Assembly (NCBI GenBank): GCA_963719085.1
Contig: CAVRAL010000001.1
Span: 204,096-268,095 of the forward strand
Reading direction: 5' to 3'
Origin: a candidate division FCPU426 bacterium
GTDB taxonomy: Bacteria; Oederibacteriota; Muellerivitia; Muellerivitales; Muellerivitaceae
DNA length: 64,000 nucleotides
Positions 41,603-52,754 of this stretch are shown piece after piece. A program made the translations under genes and the position numbers. The notes beneath the pieces are model-generated. The model was given only the letters and a program-made list of their open reading frames with translations, was not told the DNA's origin and did no database searches. The number at the start of each line of letters is the position of its first letter. Within the stretch, counting starts at the first letter, position 1.

Positions 41603-43513
41603 ATGACGGACCGGTTCTCTAAAATCGCGATGGGCCTGCTTTTGATTTGGGTCCCCTTGGCCTATTACTACCGGGCCGTGGACGGCTTTACCTTGCCCAA
41701 GGAATTGGTCGGCTTGCTGGCCCTGGTATTTTTAGGCGGGCTTTTGCTGTTCTCGGGCGCCCCGGGCCTTGGACGGTTATCCTTGCTTTGGCTCGCGGGC
41801 TTATTTTTGCTTTGGATGACCGGGGATTCGTTGGCGGTGGGTTTGGTGAAGACGGAGGCGCTGAAGGGCTTAATCCACTTCGTCTTGATCGTGGGAACGC
41901 TTTGGAGCGCGGTATTTCTGTGCGCCCGGGGCCTTTCCTATGAGCGGCTGCTCCACTATGCCCTGGGAGCGGGAGTTTTCATGGCCCTCTATGGAATTAT
42001 CCAAACCATGGGCGGTGATCCCACCCAATGGACCACGCGCTTTTCCAGCCGGGCCTTTTCCACCCTGGGGAATCCGGATTATCTGGGCGGGCATCTGGCG
42101 GCCTTGATTCCCTTGGCGGCGGTTTTAACTTTACGCTCCGAAAATCGGCGGGCTTGGCTTTCTTACCGGTTGATAACCGTTATATTCCTGGCCTGCCTTT
42201 TGATGACCAAGGTCCGGGGGGCGGAAATCGCGGTAGCGGGGGCCTTTTTCTTTATCGCGTTTTTCTTTTTTAGGCCTTGGGGGCGGGACCTCTATACCCA
42301 GAACCGTAAAGTCATTTTAGGCTTTTTGGGAATTGTGTTGATCCTGGGCTGTATTGGGGTGATTTGGAAGGGAAATCTTTCTTTCGTGAGCCAATCCCGG
42401 GTCTCCGTCGACCAGCGGGTCGCCATTTATAAAACGGCTTGGCAGATAATCCGTGAAAATCCTTTGCTGGGGATCGGCGCGGGCCAAGTGGGCATGGTTT
42501 ATCCGGCGTACCAATTTAAACCTTACACCCCTTCGGATTATTCCAACCATCCCTATGTCTATACCGAGCATATTCACAACGAGTTCCTGCAATTTTGGGC
42601 CGAAGGGGGCTTGATCGGGCTTTTGTTGTTTATCGCGGTATTGGCCGCTTACGCGATGGCGCTTCGAAAAACATTGGCGCTGTCCTCCGTCTCCTCCAAA
42701 GACCGGGAGTTGTTGTTGGGCGTGTCAGCGGGTCTGATCGCGCTTTTGGTCCAGGCGCTGAGCAATTTTCCTTTTCAAATCGCCCCCACGGCTGTTTTAT
42801 TCGGATTGTTTTTAGCCGCGCCCTTGGCTTTGAGGCCCGGGCCGGTTCCGGACCAGCCCTTTAGACTTTCGGGACTTCAATGGGCGGTGGTGGGTTTGGC
42901 GCTTTTCGGGATGGCCGGCGTGGGTCTTCGCATGGTGGGCGCTTCCATCGCCTATCGAAATACCGCCGGGGAAATCGGATTGGGGAACCATGATAAGGCG
43001 GTTTATTACGGCGGGCGGTTGGTGGGTTTGTCGCCCCAAAATCCCAAGGATTGGAATGTGGATGGGCAGGCGCTGGAGCTGGGAGGACAAAACGACGCCG
43101 CGCTTCAAGCCTTTCAAAAGTCCTTGGACTTGAACCCGGATTACGTTGAGAACCTCATGGCGATGGCGGACTTGAAAGCCAAGGCCGGTCAACTGCCCGA
43201 ATCCTTAGGGCTGGCCCAAAGGGCTTTGGCCGTGACGCCGAATTTTGTGGGCCCGCTTTGGGTTCAGGCCTATTGCCAATACCAGTTAAAGCAATATCCC
43301 CAAGCCGCCGCCAGCTTCCAACAATTTCTGGGTTACGCGCCCCAAAGCCCGGATGCTTGGACGGGACTGGGGGTCTGCGACATCCACTTGGGTAAAAAAG
43401 CCGACGCCATTCAGGCTTGGCGCAAGGCCCATCAATTGGCGCCGGATAACGCCCAAGTCATCCAGTTTTTAAAAGGCGCCGGCGACTCCGCTTTTTTGAA
43501 AAACCCTTCTTGA
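41603..43513 (+). CDS. O-antigen-ligase-like (Wzy_C) polytopic membrane protein fused to C-terminal TPR repeats
   Basis: 636 aa and multi-TM. The Wzy_C loop motif is EHIHNEFLQFWAEGGLIGLLLF. The C-terminal roughly 200 aa carries TPR units (ALQAFQKSLDLNPDY, AIQAWRKAHQLAPDN). Confidence 0.8.
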   Translation: MTDRFSKIAMGLLLIWVPLAYYYRAVDGFTLPKELVGLLALVFLGGLLLFSGAPGLGRLSLLWLAGLFLLWMTGDSLAVGLVKTEALKGLIHFVLIVGTLWSAVFLCARGLSYERLLHYALGAGVFMALYGIIQTMGGDPTQWTTRFSSRAFSTLGNPDYLGGHLAALIPLAAVLTLRSENRRAWLSYRLITVIFLACLLMTKVRGAEIAVAGAFFFIAFFFFRPWGRDLYTQNRKVILGFLGIVLILGCIGVIWKGNLSFVSQSRVSVDQRVAIYKTAWQIIRENPLLGIGAGQVGMVYPAYQFKPYTPSDYSNHPYVYTEHIHNEFLQFWAEGGLIGLLLFIAVLAAYAMALRKTLALSSVSSKDRELLLGVSAGLIALLVQALSNFPFQIAPTAVLFGLFLAAPLALRPGPVPDQPFRLSGLQWAVVGLALFGMAGVGLRMVGASIAYRNTAGEIGLGNHDKAVYYGGRLVGLSPQNPKDWNVDGQALELGGQNDAALQAFQKSLDLNPDYVENLMAMADLKAKAGQLPESLGLAQRALAVTPNFVGPLWVQAYCQYQLKQYPQAAASFQQFLGYAPQSPDAWTGLGVCDIHLGKKADAIQAWRKAHQLAPDNAQVIQFLKGAGDSAFLKNPS

Positions 43514-43666
43514 AATAAGCTTATTTTCTCCCCAATTTAAAGCCAGGAGCCGGGCACCCCCTAAGCGCCTGGAATCTCTGTATTTCCCGTTAAAGCGGTG
43601 CTAAATTGTTTTGTAGGAAAGGGTGTTTTTCGGCTTTGGCCGGGGAACACTAGTAAAGGGTGCGCC

Positions 43667-45880
43667 ATGGGTATTCAAGCCTTACTTGATCCGTCCAATA
43701 TTTCCGCGACCGGGTTGACCCCCGCGGAGAGCCATCTCAATCGTCCCCTCATTCAAAAGGCCTATGAGTTCGCGAAAAAGGCCCATGAAGGCCAACAGCG
43801 GCTTTCGGGCGACGCTTATTTAACCCACCTGGTCGGCGTGGCGGAAATCCTCGAAGAGCTCCATATGGACTCCATCACCATCGCGGCCGCGCTTTTGCAC
43901 GACATCCTGGAAGACACCACAGTCACTTATGATCAATTGAAACAGGAATTCGGCGAGGAGATCGCCAACCTGGTCGAGGGCGTGACCAAACTTTCCACCC
44001 GCAAATTCCAGGACGCTACCGTGCGCCAAGCCGAAAGCACCCGCAAGATGCTGGTGGCCATGGCCAAAGACGTGCGCGTCATCCTCATCAAATTGGCCGA
44101 CCGAACCCACAATATGCGCACCCTGGAATTTTTACCCCAGGACCGGCAGGAAAAAATGGCCCGGGAGACGCTGGATATTTACGCGCCCCTGGCCCATCGG
44201 CTGGGAATGGCCAAGATCAAGAGCGAGTTGGAAGACCTGTGCCTGCGCTACCTGCGGCCCGAGGTTTACCGCGACCTGGTGAAAAAAGTGGCCATGAAAA
44301 AGGCCGAGCGCGAAAAGATGGTGGAAACGGTTAAGGCCCTGATTGAGAAGGGTTTGAAAGAGGCGGGCATCACCGCCCAGGTCCAAGGCCGCTCGAAACA
44401 TTTCACCAGCATTTACCAAAAGATGACCGAGCAGGGAAAAGATTTTGATGAGATTTACGACCTGATCGCGATCCGGGTTTTGACCAACACGCTGAAGGAA
44501 TGCTATGAGGTTTTGGGGATGGTGCACACCCTTTGGAAGCCCCTGCCGGGGCGTTTCAAGGACTATGTGGCCATGCCCAAGAACAACCTGTACCAGAGCC
44601 TGCACACCACCGTGATGGGGCCCTCGAACCAGCCTTTGGAAATTCAGATCCGTACCTACGAAATGCACCGCACCGCCGAGGAAGGCATCGCGGCCCACTG
44701 GATTTATAAAGAGGGCCGTGGGTTTGAGAAAGAGGACCAGAAATTCGCCTGGATGCGGCAACTCCTCGACCTGCAGCAGGACATCAAGGACACCACGGAA
44801 TTTTCCGAGGCCATGAAGGTGGATTTGTTCGAGGACGAGGTCTTTGTTTTTACCCCTAAGGGCGATGTGAAGGAGATGCCCCGGGGAGCGACGGGCCTGG
44901 ATTTCGCCTATACGGTCCATACAGATGTGGGCACCCATTGCATGGGCGTCAAGGTGAACGGTCAAATGGTACCGCTGAAATACATCCTTAAAAACGGCGA
45001 CATTGTGGAAGTCTTGACCCAGACCTCCCGCACGCCCAGCCGCGATTGGCTCAAGATTGTCACCACGAGCCGGGCGAAGAACAAAATCCGCCACTGGTTC
45101 CGAACCCACTTGTCGGCCGATGAAATTGATAAGGGACGGCACTTGTTGGAAAGGGAAGCGGTCCGCTTGGGAGTGGACTTCAACGAGGCGCTTAAGTCGG
45201 GCTTGCTTGAGAGCCTGGTTTCCGATTTCGGGTGCCATAACGTGAACGAACTTTTGGCCAATACGGGCCACGGGGAAATCTCGGCCAAGACCCTGCTCAA
45301 CCGGATTACGGCCAAACTCGAGGAGTCCCAGCCGGAAAAGGCCGAGAAGGCCCCCAAATTGGATGAAAAGAAACCCGAGCCCCACACCTATCGGAGCCTG
45401 ACCCAGGAGCCCGTGCGCAATATCCCGATGGAAAAGGGAATCTCCATTTCGGGCAAGACCGACTGGCTCATTCGTTTCGCCCGCTGCTGCACGCCGGTGC
45501 CCGGCGACCCCATCGTGGGTTATATTACCCGTGGACGGGGCGTCTCCGTGCACCGCACCGATTGCCCCAACACCCTGCTTTTGCCCGACGGCGAAAACCG
45601 GATGATCAAGGTTTCTTGGGAAGCCAATGAGGGACAGGTTTACGAGGTGGCGGTGGAAGTGAAGGCCCGGGACCGGGACAAGCTGTTATCCGACATGCTT
45701 TTGGCGATCTCGGAAGAAGGCGTCATCATCAACGAGGCCAATGCCAAGACGGTGGAAGGCGGCTGGGCCCAAGGTTATTTCCTTTTAGGGATTTCTTCGG
45801 CGGACCAACTGCAAAAGGTCCTGAAAAAACTGGAACGGGTGCAGGGCGTGGTGAACGCGCGCCGGATTGAGCCGCGTTAA
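43667..45880 (+). CDS. rel: Bifunctional (p)ppGpp synthetase/hydrolase, RelA/SpoT homolog (Rel)
   Basis: The HD hydrolase motif is intact (HLVGVAEIL...LLHDILEDT). The synthetase motif is RSKHFTSIYQKM. TGS and C-terminal ACT regions are present. ATG 43667 is preferred over ORF-track start 43598. Confidence 0.93.
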   Translation: MGIQALLDPSNISATGLTPAESHLNRPLIQKAYEFAKKAHEGQQRLSGDAYLTHLVGVAEILEELHMDSITIAAALLHDILEDTTVTYDQLKQEFGEEIANLVEGVTKLSTRKFQDATVRQAESTRKMLVAMAKDVRVILIKLADRTHNMRTLEFLPQDRQEKMARETLDIYAPLAHRLGMAKIKSELEDLCLRYLRPEVYRDLVKKVAMKKAEREKMVETVKALIEKGLKEAGITAQVQGRSKHFTSIYQKMTEQGKDFDEIYDLIAIRVLTNTLKECYEVLGMVHTLWKPLPGRFKDYVAMPKNNLYQSLHTTVMGPSNQPLEIQIRTYEMHRTAEEGIAAHWIYKEGRGFEKEDQKFAWMRQLLDLQQDIKDTTEFSEAMKVDLFEDEVFVFTPKGDVKEMPRGATGLDFAYTVHTDVGTHCMGVKVNGQMVPLKYILKNGDIVEVLTQTSRTPSRDWLKIVTTSRAKNKIRHWFRTHLSADEIDKGRHLLEREAVRLGVDFNEALKSGLLESLVSDFGCHNVNELLANTGHGEISAKTLLNRITAKLEESQPEKAEKAPKLDEKKPEPHTYRSLTQEPVRNIPMEKGISISGKTDWLIRFARCCTPVPGDPIVGYITRGRGVSVHRTDCPNTLLLPDGENRMIKVSWEANEGQVYEVAVEVKARDRDKLLSDMLLAISEEGVIINEANAKTVEGGWAQGYFLLGISSADQLQKVLKKLERVQGVVNARRIEPR

Positions 45881-46266
45881 TGGAAAAAGAAATGATCCGG
45901 TCCGACGGCGCCCCCTCGCCGATTGGGCCCTATTCGCAGGCCGTGGCGGCGGGGGATTTTATTTTTTGCTCGGGCCAAATCCCCCTGGACCCGGCGACCA
46001 ACACGTTGGTGAGCGGGGATATCCGGGTCCAAGCCGAGCGGGTTTTGGATAATTTGCAGGCGGTGCTGAAAGCGGCGGGGTCCGATTTGGACCGGGCCGT
46101 GAAGATCACGGTTTATTTGAAAGACATGAATGACTTCGCCGCCTTGAATCAGGTTTTTGAGGGCCGGTTCAAAACCCATCCCCCTGCCCGGGCGGTGGTC
46201 CAGGCGGCGGCTTTGCCGAAGAACGCCTCCATTGAAGTGGATTTGATCGCGTTGAAGGGGAATTGA
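45880..46266 (+). CDS. ridA: RidA family (YjgF/TdcF) reactive-intermediate deaminase
   Basis: 128 aa. APSPIGPYSQAV, GQIPLDP and ARAVVQAAALPKNASIEVD motifs. The ATG overlaps the rel stop (TAATG). Confidence 0.9.
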   Translation: MEKEMIRSDGAPSPIGPYSQAVAAGDFIFCSGQIPLDPATNTLVSGDIRVQAERVLDNLQAVLKAAGSDLDRAVKITVYLKDMNDFAALNQVFEGRFKTHPPARAVVQAAALPKNASIEVDLIALKGN

Positions 46267-46402
46267 TCCGGCTTTCAAGGAACTGGTTTGCAATCGTGAA
46301 AGACTGTTTCCGCTGGAGCCGCTTAGCGAAATTAAAAGTGAGGATCGGTCCGCCCCATCGGGGCTAGGACCTTCAGAAATTTCTCAGCGGAAAGGTTGAC
46401 TG

Positions 46403-48220
46403 ATGCCGGGAACTCCTTGCGTGAACCATGCCGACCGAGACGCGGTCGGTAACTGTAGCCGTTGCCACCGGTTTTTCTGCGGCGCTTGTTTGGGGCTCGA
46501 TTCCAAAATGCAGCCCATCTGCGCCAGCTGTGAGAAAGAGACCGGCGCGGCGTCTTTGGGCGCGCAGCAGCCGGCCCTGTCCCCTTTGGGGGCGCCGGCC
46601 GGGGTCATTCCACCGTCTTCGGTGGGGGGGGCGTCCAAACCTGGATTTGATGTTTTGAAACACAAAATGGAAGAGGATGATCCTCTAGGGCTTTTAAACA
46701 CGCCGGCCCCGGCAGCGGCGCCTAAGGCGCCGATTAAAGCCGAAGCCGCGGCTTCCTCGTCGGAAGAAGTTTTGAGTGAAGAAGACGCCATGGAAATCGA
46801 CGTGGATGTGCCCTCCGCGCCTAAGCCCCAGGCGCCCGCGCCTGCCGTCGCGGCGCCAAAGATTTCGTCCGGGTCGCTTTTGGATGATTTACTCACCACG
46901 CCCCCTTCGGCAGTTGTGCCTCCGATCAAAGCGCCGGCCCCCGCGGCGGGACCTGTGATCGCCCCGTCGCCTTCGATCACTGCCCCGGTGATGCCGCAAC
47001 CGATGTCCCCTGCGGCATCCTCCTTGGGGACCGTGTCAGCGCCCAAGCCCCAGTCTCCCGTGATCCCGGCTTCTCCCGCGGCATTTGATGCCCCGGCCGG
47101 GTCCGCTCCCGCTTTCCCAAAAGCGTCTCCCTTGGGGACCGCGCCCGTCGCCCCTTCGACATTTGCCCCGACGACGGTTGGGATACCGGCTTCCCCCTCC
47201 GCCGGGTTGGACGATCTTTTGAAGCCCCCGCAGCCGATCGCGCCGGCCGCCGCGCCATCCGCCCCCGCTTCGGGGACTGCGCCGGCCGGCGGGTTGGATG
47301 ATTTTCTTTCCGCGCCGATCGCCAAACCCAAGCTTCCGACCGTGACTCCCGTGACTCCGGCCAAATTGAATCTCGACATAAAGCCGGCGGTTCCCATGGC
47401 TTCGTCCGCGCCCCTGCCCGTGTTGGATCCCATCAAGCCATCCATGCCCAAGCTGAACCCTTCGGCGCCCGTTCCCAAGGCGATCGATATTCCGGCCGCG
47501 AAGGTTTCCCTGCCCGATGAGGATTTGAGTCCTAAAGAAAAAGGGACCGGGTTAATGGCCGCGTTGCTTAATTCCAACCTCACGGTCATGAAAATTAAAA
47601 TTCCTTATTATGCTTTGGCGGCCGCCTTGGTGGTTTTTTTAGGGCTGGCCGGGTGGGGAATCGCCTCGGCCGGCGGCGGACCCTCGATTAAGATCGTGGA
47701 CACGATCGCCCCGCTCCAAATCGTGCAGGTGGACGCCAGCCAGATCGCCGACATGGACATCACGACCTATTCGGATATCCAGACCAAGCTCCAGGCCATG
47801 CAGTTCACCAACTTTATCCAGATGACGGTGCCCGAGCTTCCCTCGCCCAATTTTTTTAACGTCCAAATGAAACCGGAATCCGGCACCTATGCCGAGGTCA
47901 TTAAGATGCCGGGGCAGTTAAAACCGGTGCTTTCTTACGTGACGGTTTTCACCAACGGCGTTTGGTATTCCACCAATGGCTGGGACGGGAAAAACCAGGA
48001 ACTGGAATATTTGGTAAGCGAGTTTGATCCTAATGACGATCCGGACCAGTTATACGTAGCCCATATCCAAGGAGTGGACAAGCTCAAGAGCGATAAGGGC
48101 TGGGACACGCAAACCATGAGCGAGGACCGCTATCTAGCCGCCTTCAGCGATCATGTGCGCTGGTACCTGGATTACAAGGATATCGCCGGATACCAAGCCG
48201 ACTTCGCCGACTGGCATTGA
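46403..48220 (+). CDS. Hypothetical bitopic protein: N-terminal Cys/His zinc-ribbon (B-box-like), about 330-aa Pro/Ala-rich linker, one TM, and a C-terminal roughly 185-aa globular domain
   Basis: CVNHADRDAVGNCSRCHRFFCGACL...CASCEK provides 8 Cys/His ligands. The low-complexity PA-rich tract has no TM until IPYYALAAALVVFLGLAGWGIA. I do not recognise the C-terminal domain. Confidence 0.7.
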   Translation: MPGTPCVNHADRDAVGNCSRCHRFFCGACLGLDSKMQPICASCEKETGAASLGAQQPALSPLGAPAGVIPPSSVGGASKPGFDVLKHKMEEDDPLGLLNTPAPAAAPKAPIKAEAAASSSEEVLSEEDAMEIDVDVPSAPKPQAPAPAVAAPKISSGSLLDDLLTTPPSAVVPPIKAPAPAAGPVIAPSPSITAPVMPQPMSPAASSLGTVSAPKPQSPVIPASPAAFDAPAGSAPAFPKASPLGTAPVAPSTFAPTTVGIPASPSAGLDDLLKPPQPIAPAAAPSAPASGTAPAGGLDDFLSAPIAKPKLPTVTPVTPAKLNLDIKPAVPMASSAPLPVLDPIKPSMPKLNPSAPVPKAIDIPAAKVSLPDEDLSPKEKGTGLMAALLNSNLTVMKIKIPYYALAAALVVFLGLAGWGIASAGGGPSIKIVDTIAPLQIVQVDASQIADMDITTYSDIQTKLQAMQFTNFIQMTVPELPSPNFFNVQMKPESGTYAEVIKMPGQLKPVLSYVTVFTNGVWYSTNGWDGKNQELEYLVSEFDPNDDPDQLYVAHIQGVDKLKSDKGWDTQTMSEDRYLAAFSDHVRWYLDYKDIAGYQADFADWH

Positions 48221-48298
48221 GTTTCGGTGATTAGTCCAAAATGGCCTAACGCCCCGCGTTTTTTCAAATCCACTTAAAAACGGTTGCCGGGGCTCGGG

Positions 48299-49830
<1,532 letters not shown>

Positions 49831-49840
49831 AGTCCGTTTA

Positions 49841-49962
49841 CATTGATGAACGCAGATGGACGCGGATGAATAAAACCCAACCAGTCGATTTTTTGATTCC
49901 GTCTTTTTAGTGATTTGGTTGATTTAAATCGGAGTTTATCCGCGTTCATCATTGTTTCATTG
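49841..49962. repeat. Word-repeat hairpin, 10-nt word family (GATGAACGCG)
   Basis: Left arm CATT GATGAACGCA GATGGACGCG GATGAATAAA (49841-49874). Right arm TTTATCCGCGTTCATCATTGTTTCATTG (49935-49962). It is imperfect and lies in the guaB-guaA spacer. Confidence 0.75.
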
Positions 49963-49984
49963 CCTGAACTTTTAAGGAATCCTT

Positions 49985-51535
49985 GTGAAACACGATCTTG
50001 TCATTGTTTTGGATTTCGGGGCTCAGTACAGCCAGCTCATCGCCCGCCGGGTTCGGGAATCCAAGGTTTACTGCGAAATCCTGCCCTTCAACACGCCGAC
50101 CGCTAAAATCCTCGAGAAAAATCCCAAGGGCATCATCCTGTCCGGCGGGCCTTCCAGTGTTTACGCCCCCGGCGCGCCCCATGTGAAGGCGGATCTTTTT
50201 GAAAGCGGCGTGCCGATGCTCGGTATTTGCTACGGCATGCAGCTCATCAGCCAGGCCTTGAAGGGGAATGTCCAAAAAGCCTCCAAGCGGGAATTCGGGC
50301 TGGCTCCGCTTCACATCAAATCCGCGAAGCTTCTTTTCGCCGGGCTTCCGTCCAAACTCAATGTTTGGATGAGCCATGGGGATCAAGTCACCCGCATTCC
50401 AAAAGGATTTAAAAGCCTGGCTTCCACCTCCACTTGCCCCTTCGCGGCGGCCTATGATGAAAAACGGCGGATTTACGGAATCCAGTTCCACCCCGAAGTG
50501 GTCCATACCCAAAAGGGCAGCCAGATCTTGCGGAATTTCGTCTTGAAGATCGCGAAGGCCAAACCCACTTGGACCATGGATTCTTATGAAAAAATAGCCA
50601 TCGCCGAAATCCGGGCCAAGGTCGGGAAGGGCCGGGTGCTTTGCGGCGTTTCGGGCGGCGTGGATTCCACCGTGGCGGCCACTTTGATCCACCGGGCGGT
50701 GGGGAACCAGTTGGATTGTGTTTTCGTGAACAACGGGGTTTTGCGCCAAGGCGAGGCCGAGCAAGTGGTCAAGATGTTCAAGGAACAACTGCGGATCCCG
50801 CTTCATTACATCAACGCGGAAAACGAGTTCTTGAAGCTTTTGGAAGGCGTCAGCGAACCGGAGAAAAAACGGAAAATCATCGGGAACACTTTTATCCGGG
50901 TCTTCGAGAAAAAGGCGCGGGAACTGCAAAAGAAAAAGGGCCCCTTTGAGTTCCTGGCCCAGGGAACCCTTTATCCCGACGTGATCGAAAGCGTTTCGGT
51001 GAAGGGCCCCTCGGCGACCATCAAGAGCCATCACAATGTGGGCGGCCTGCCTAAGGATATGAAATTTAAACTGGTCGAGCCCTTGCGGGAACTGTTTAAG
51101 GATGAGGTGCGGGAATTGGGCAAAGAACTCAAGGTGCCCCATGATCTTTTGTGGCGTCAGCCTTTTCCCGGTCCGGGTTTGGCGGTGCGGCATATCGGGC
51201 CTTTGACGAAAGCGAGGCTTGATGTTTTGCGCAAGGCGGACGCCATTGTGCAGGAAGAAATCGCCAAGGCGGGGCTTTATCACTCCATCTGGCAGTCTTT
51301 CGCGGTCCTCACGCCGGTCAAATCCGTGGGGGTTATGGGCGATGAAAGAACTTACGAGAGCGCCTGTGTCATCCGGGCGGTCCATTCCACCGACGGCATG
51401 ACGGCCGATTGGGTGAAGCTTCCCTATGACCTTTTAGGCAAGATGTCCAACCGCATCATCAATGAGGTCCGCGGCATCAACCGGGTGGTTTATGACATCA
51501 CCAGCAAGCCCCCCGGCACAATTGAGTGGGAGTAG
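49985..51535 (+). CDS. guaA: GMP synthase (glutamine-hydrolysing)
   Basis: The GATase domain motif is GICYGMQL. The ATP-PPase P-loop is SGGVDSTV. The C-terminus ends GTIEWE. GTG start. Confidence 0.97.
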   Translation: MKHDLVIVLDFGAQYSQLIARRVRESKVYCEILPFNTPTAKILEKNPKGIILSGGPSSVYAPGAPHVKADLFESGVPMLGICYGMQLISQALKGNVQKASKREFGLAPLHIKSAKLLFAGLPSKLNVWMSHGDQVTRIPKGFKSLASTSTCPFAAAYDEKRRIYGIQFHPEVVHTQKGSQILRNFVLKIAKAKPTWTMDSYEKIAIAEIRAKVGKGRVLCGVSGGVDSTVAATLIHRAVGNQLDCVFVNNGVLRQGEAEQVVKMFKEQLRIPLHYINAENEFLKLLEGVSEPEKKRKIIGNTFIRVFEKKARELQKKKGPFEFLAQGTLYPDVIESVSVKGPSATIKSHHNVGGLPKDMKFKLVEPLRELFKDEVRELGKELKVPHDLLWRQPFPGPGLAVRHIGPLTKARLDVLRKADAIVQEEIAKAGLYHSIWQSFAVLTPVKSVGVMGDERTYESACVIRAVHSTDGMTADWVKLPYDLLGKMSNRIINEVRGINRVVYDITSKPPGTIEWE

Positions 51536-51560
51536 ATAAGAACCTCAATTAAAACCATTT

Positions 51561-51670
51561 TCACCGCCAAGACGCCAAGTTCGCCAAGAACGGCTAAAAA
51601 CAAGAATTTAACACGAACCATGATCTATTTTGTTTTGCTTTTCTTGGCGTACTTGGTGTTTTGGCGGTAA
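51561..51670. repeat. CCAAG-word hairpin element (outside the dcw cluster)
   Basis: Left arm TCACCGCCAAGACGCCAAGTTCGCCAAGAA (51561-51590). Right arm TTCTTGGCGTACTTGGTGTTTTGGCGGTAA (51641-51670). It lies downstream of guaA. Confidence 0.9.
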
Positions 51671-51779
51671 AACTGGTTTTGCTGGAATCCTTGAGTTTTT
51701 TCTGAGCTGATTTGTTCCTTGTGGCCCCGCTTTAAGCCCTATAAAATCTATTGGTTTGGACATTCCACCGGGGGTTTTC

Positions 51780-52752
51780 ATGAAACAATCCTTCGCCTTG
51801 TTGGCCGGCCTCTTTTTGGCCCTCTCAATCCCTTGCCGCCTTTGGGCCTGGGGGGACTATGGGCACCAGGTCATCGCCCAAATCGCTTATGACAACTTAA
51901 GCGCCCCGGTTTCGGCCAAGATCGCGGAAATGATCAATGACGCGGGTTACACCACGCCGGACCAACTGGTGATTGACGGGTTGGAAAATCATGACAGCCA
52001 AGAGGGGTTTCCCTCGCACGCCACCATGCTTCAAATCTCCGTTTGGCCCGACTATCTTTTGACCAAATCGACCGAGTTCAAAAACATGACGGCCCCCTGG
52101 CACTATATTTCGATCGACCGCAATCCGGGCGAGACTGAGGAGCGGGAAGCGGATTTTTGCCGCAACAACGACTGCCTGCCCGTCCAGATCAATCAGGCGC
52201 TTTCTAATTTGACGGACAGACTCGATTTCGGTGAAAGAAAAATTTGTCTCGTTGGCCATGCTCATCAACCTGATGGGCGACATCCATCAGCCCTTGAACT
52301 GCTCGGACGAGGGCGACCACAACGGAACCGAGAAATATTTCAGCTGGAACGGCGGCAAGCCCATGAGCCTTCACTCGGTTTGGAACAACCTGCTTCACGG
52401 CGCCCCGCCTTCGGGCAACGTCACGGTTTATGCCCGGGAACTGGAAACGCAAATCACGGCCGATGACCGCGCGGCCTGGAAATCGGGTGTGGCTTCGGAT
52501 TGGGCTTGGGAAAGCTACCAGATCGCCGACGACAAGATTTACGGTTTGGACGCCTTTCAATACGGCCCCCAGAACGTGAAAGTCGATGAACTTGGAAATT
52601 TGATCCTCAAGGGCGGCCAAGCGGTGGTCACCAAAAAAGTCCCATTCCCCCCGGAATTCTATTCGGACGAATACAAGCAATTGGTGGAAGTTCAGCTGGA
52701 GAAGTCGGGAATCCGGCTGGCCTGGCTTCTCAACAGCGTGCTGGGGAAATAA
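51780..52752 (+). pseudogene. S1/P1-family secreted nuclease interrupted by a +1 frameshift
   Basis: Frame A (from ATG 51780) has a signal peptide, the mature N-terminus WGDYGHQVIAQIAY and WHYISID. Frame B (from 52231) continues the family with LINLMGDIHQPLN, GTEKYFSWNG and SLHSVWNN. The switch must lie between the frame-B stop at 52210 and about 52245. An A5 run lies at 52238-52242. Confidence 0.75.
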
Positions 52753-52754
52753 GC

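Noticed and set aside
48250-48266. A weak hairpin AACGC-CCC-GCGTT followed by TTTTTT, as a terminator of the Zn-ribbon gene.
   Set aside because: The stem is only 5 bp with a 3-nt loop, which is too marginal to call, although the T6 run makes it possible.
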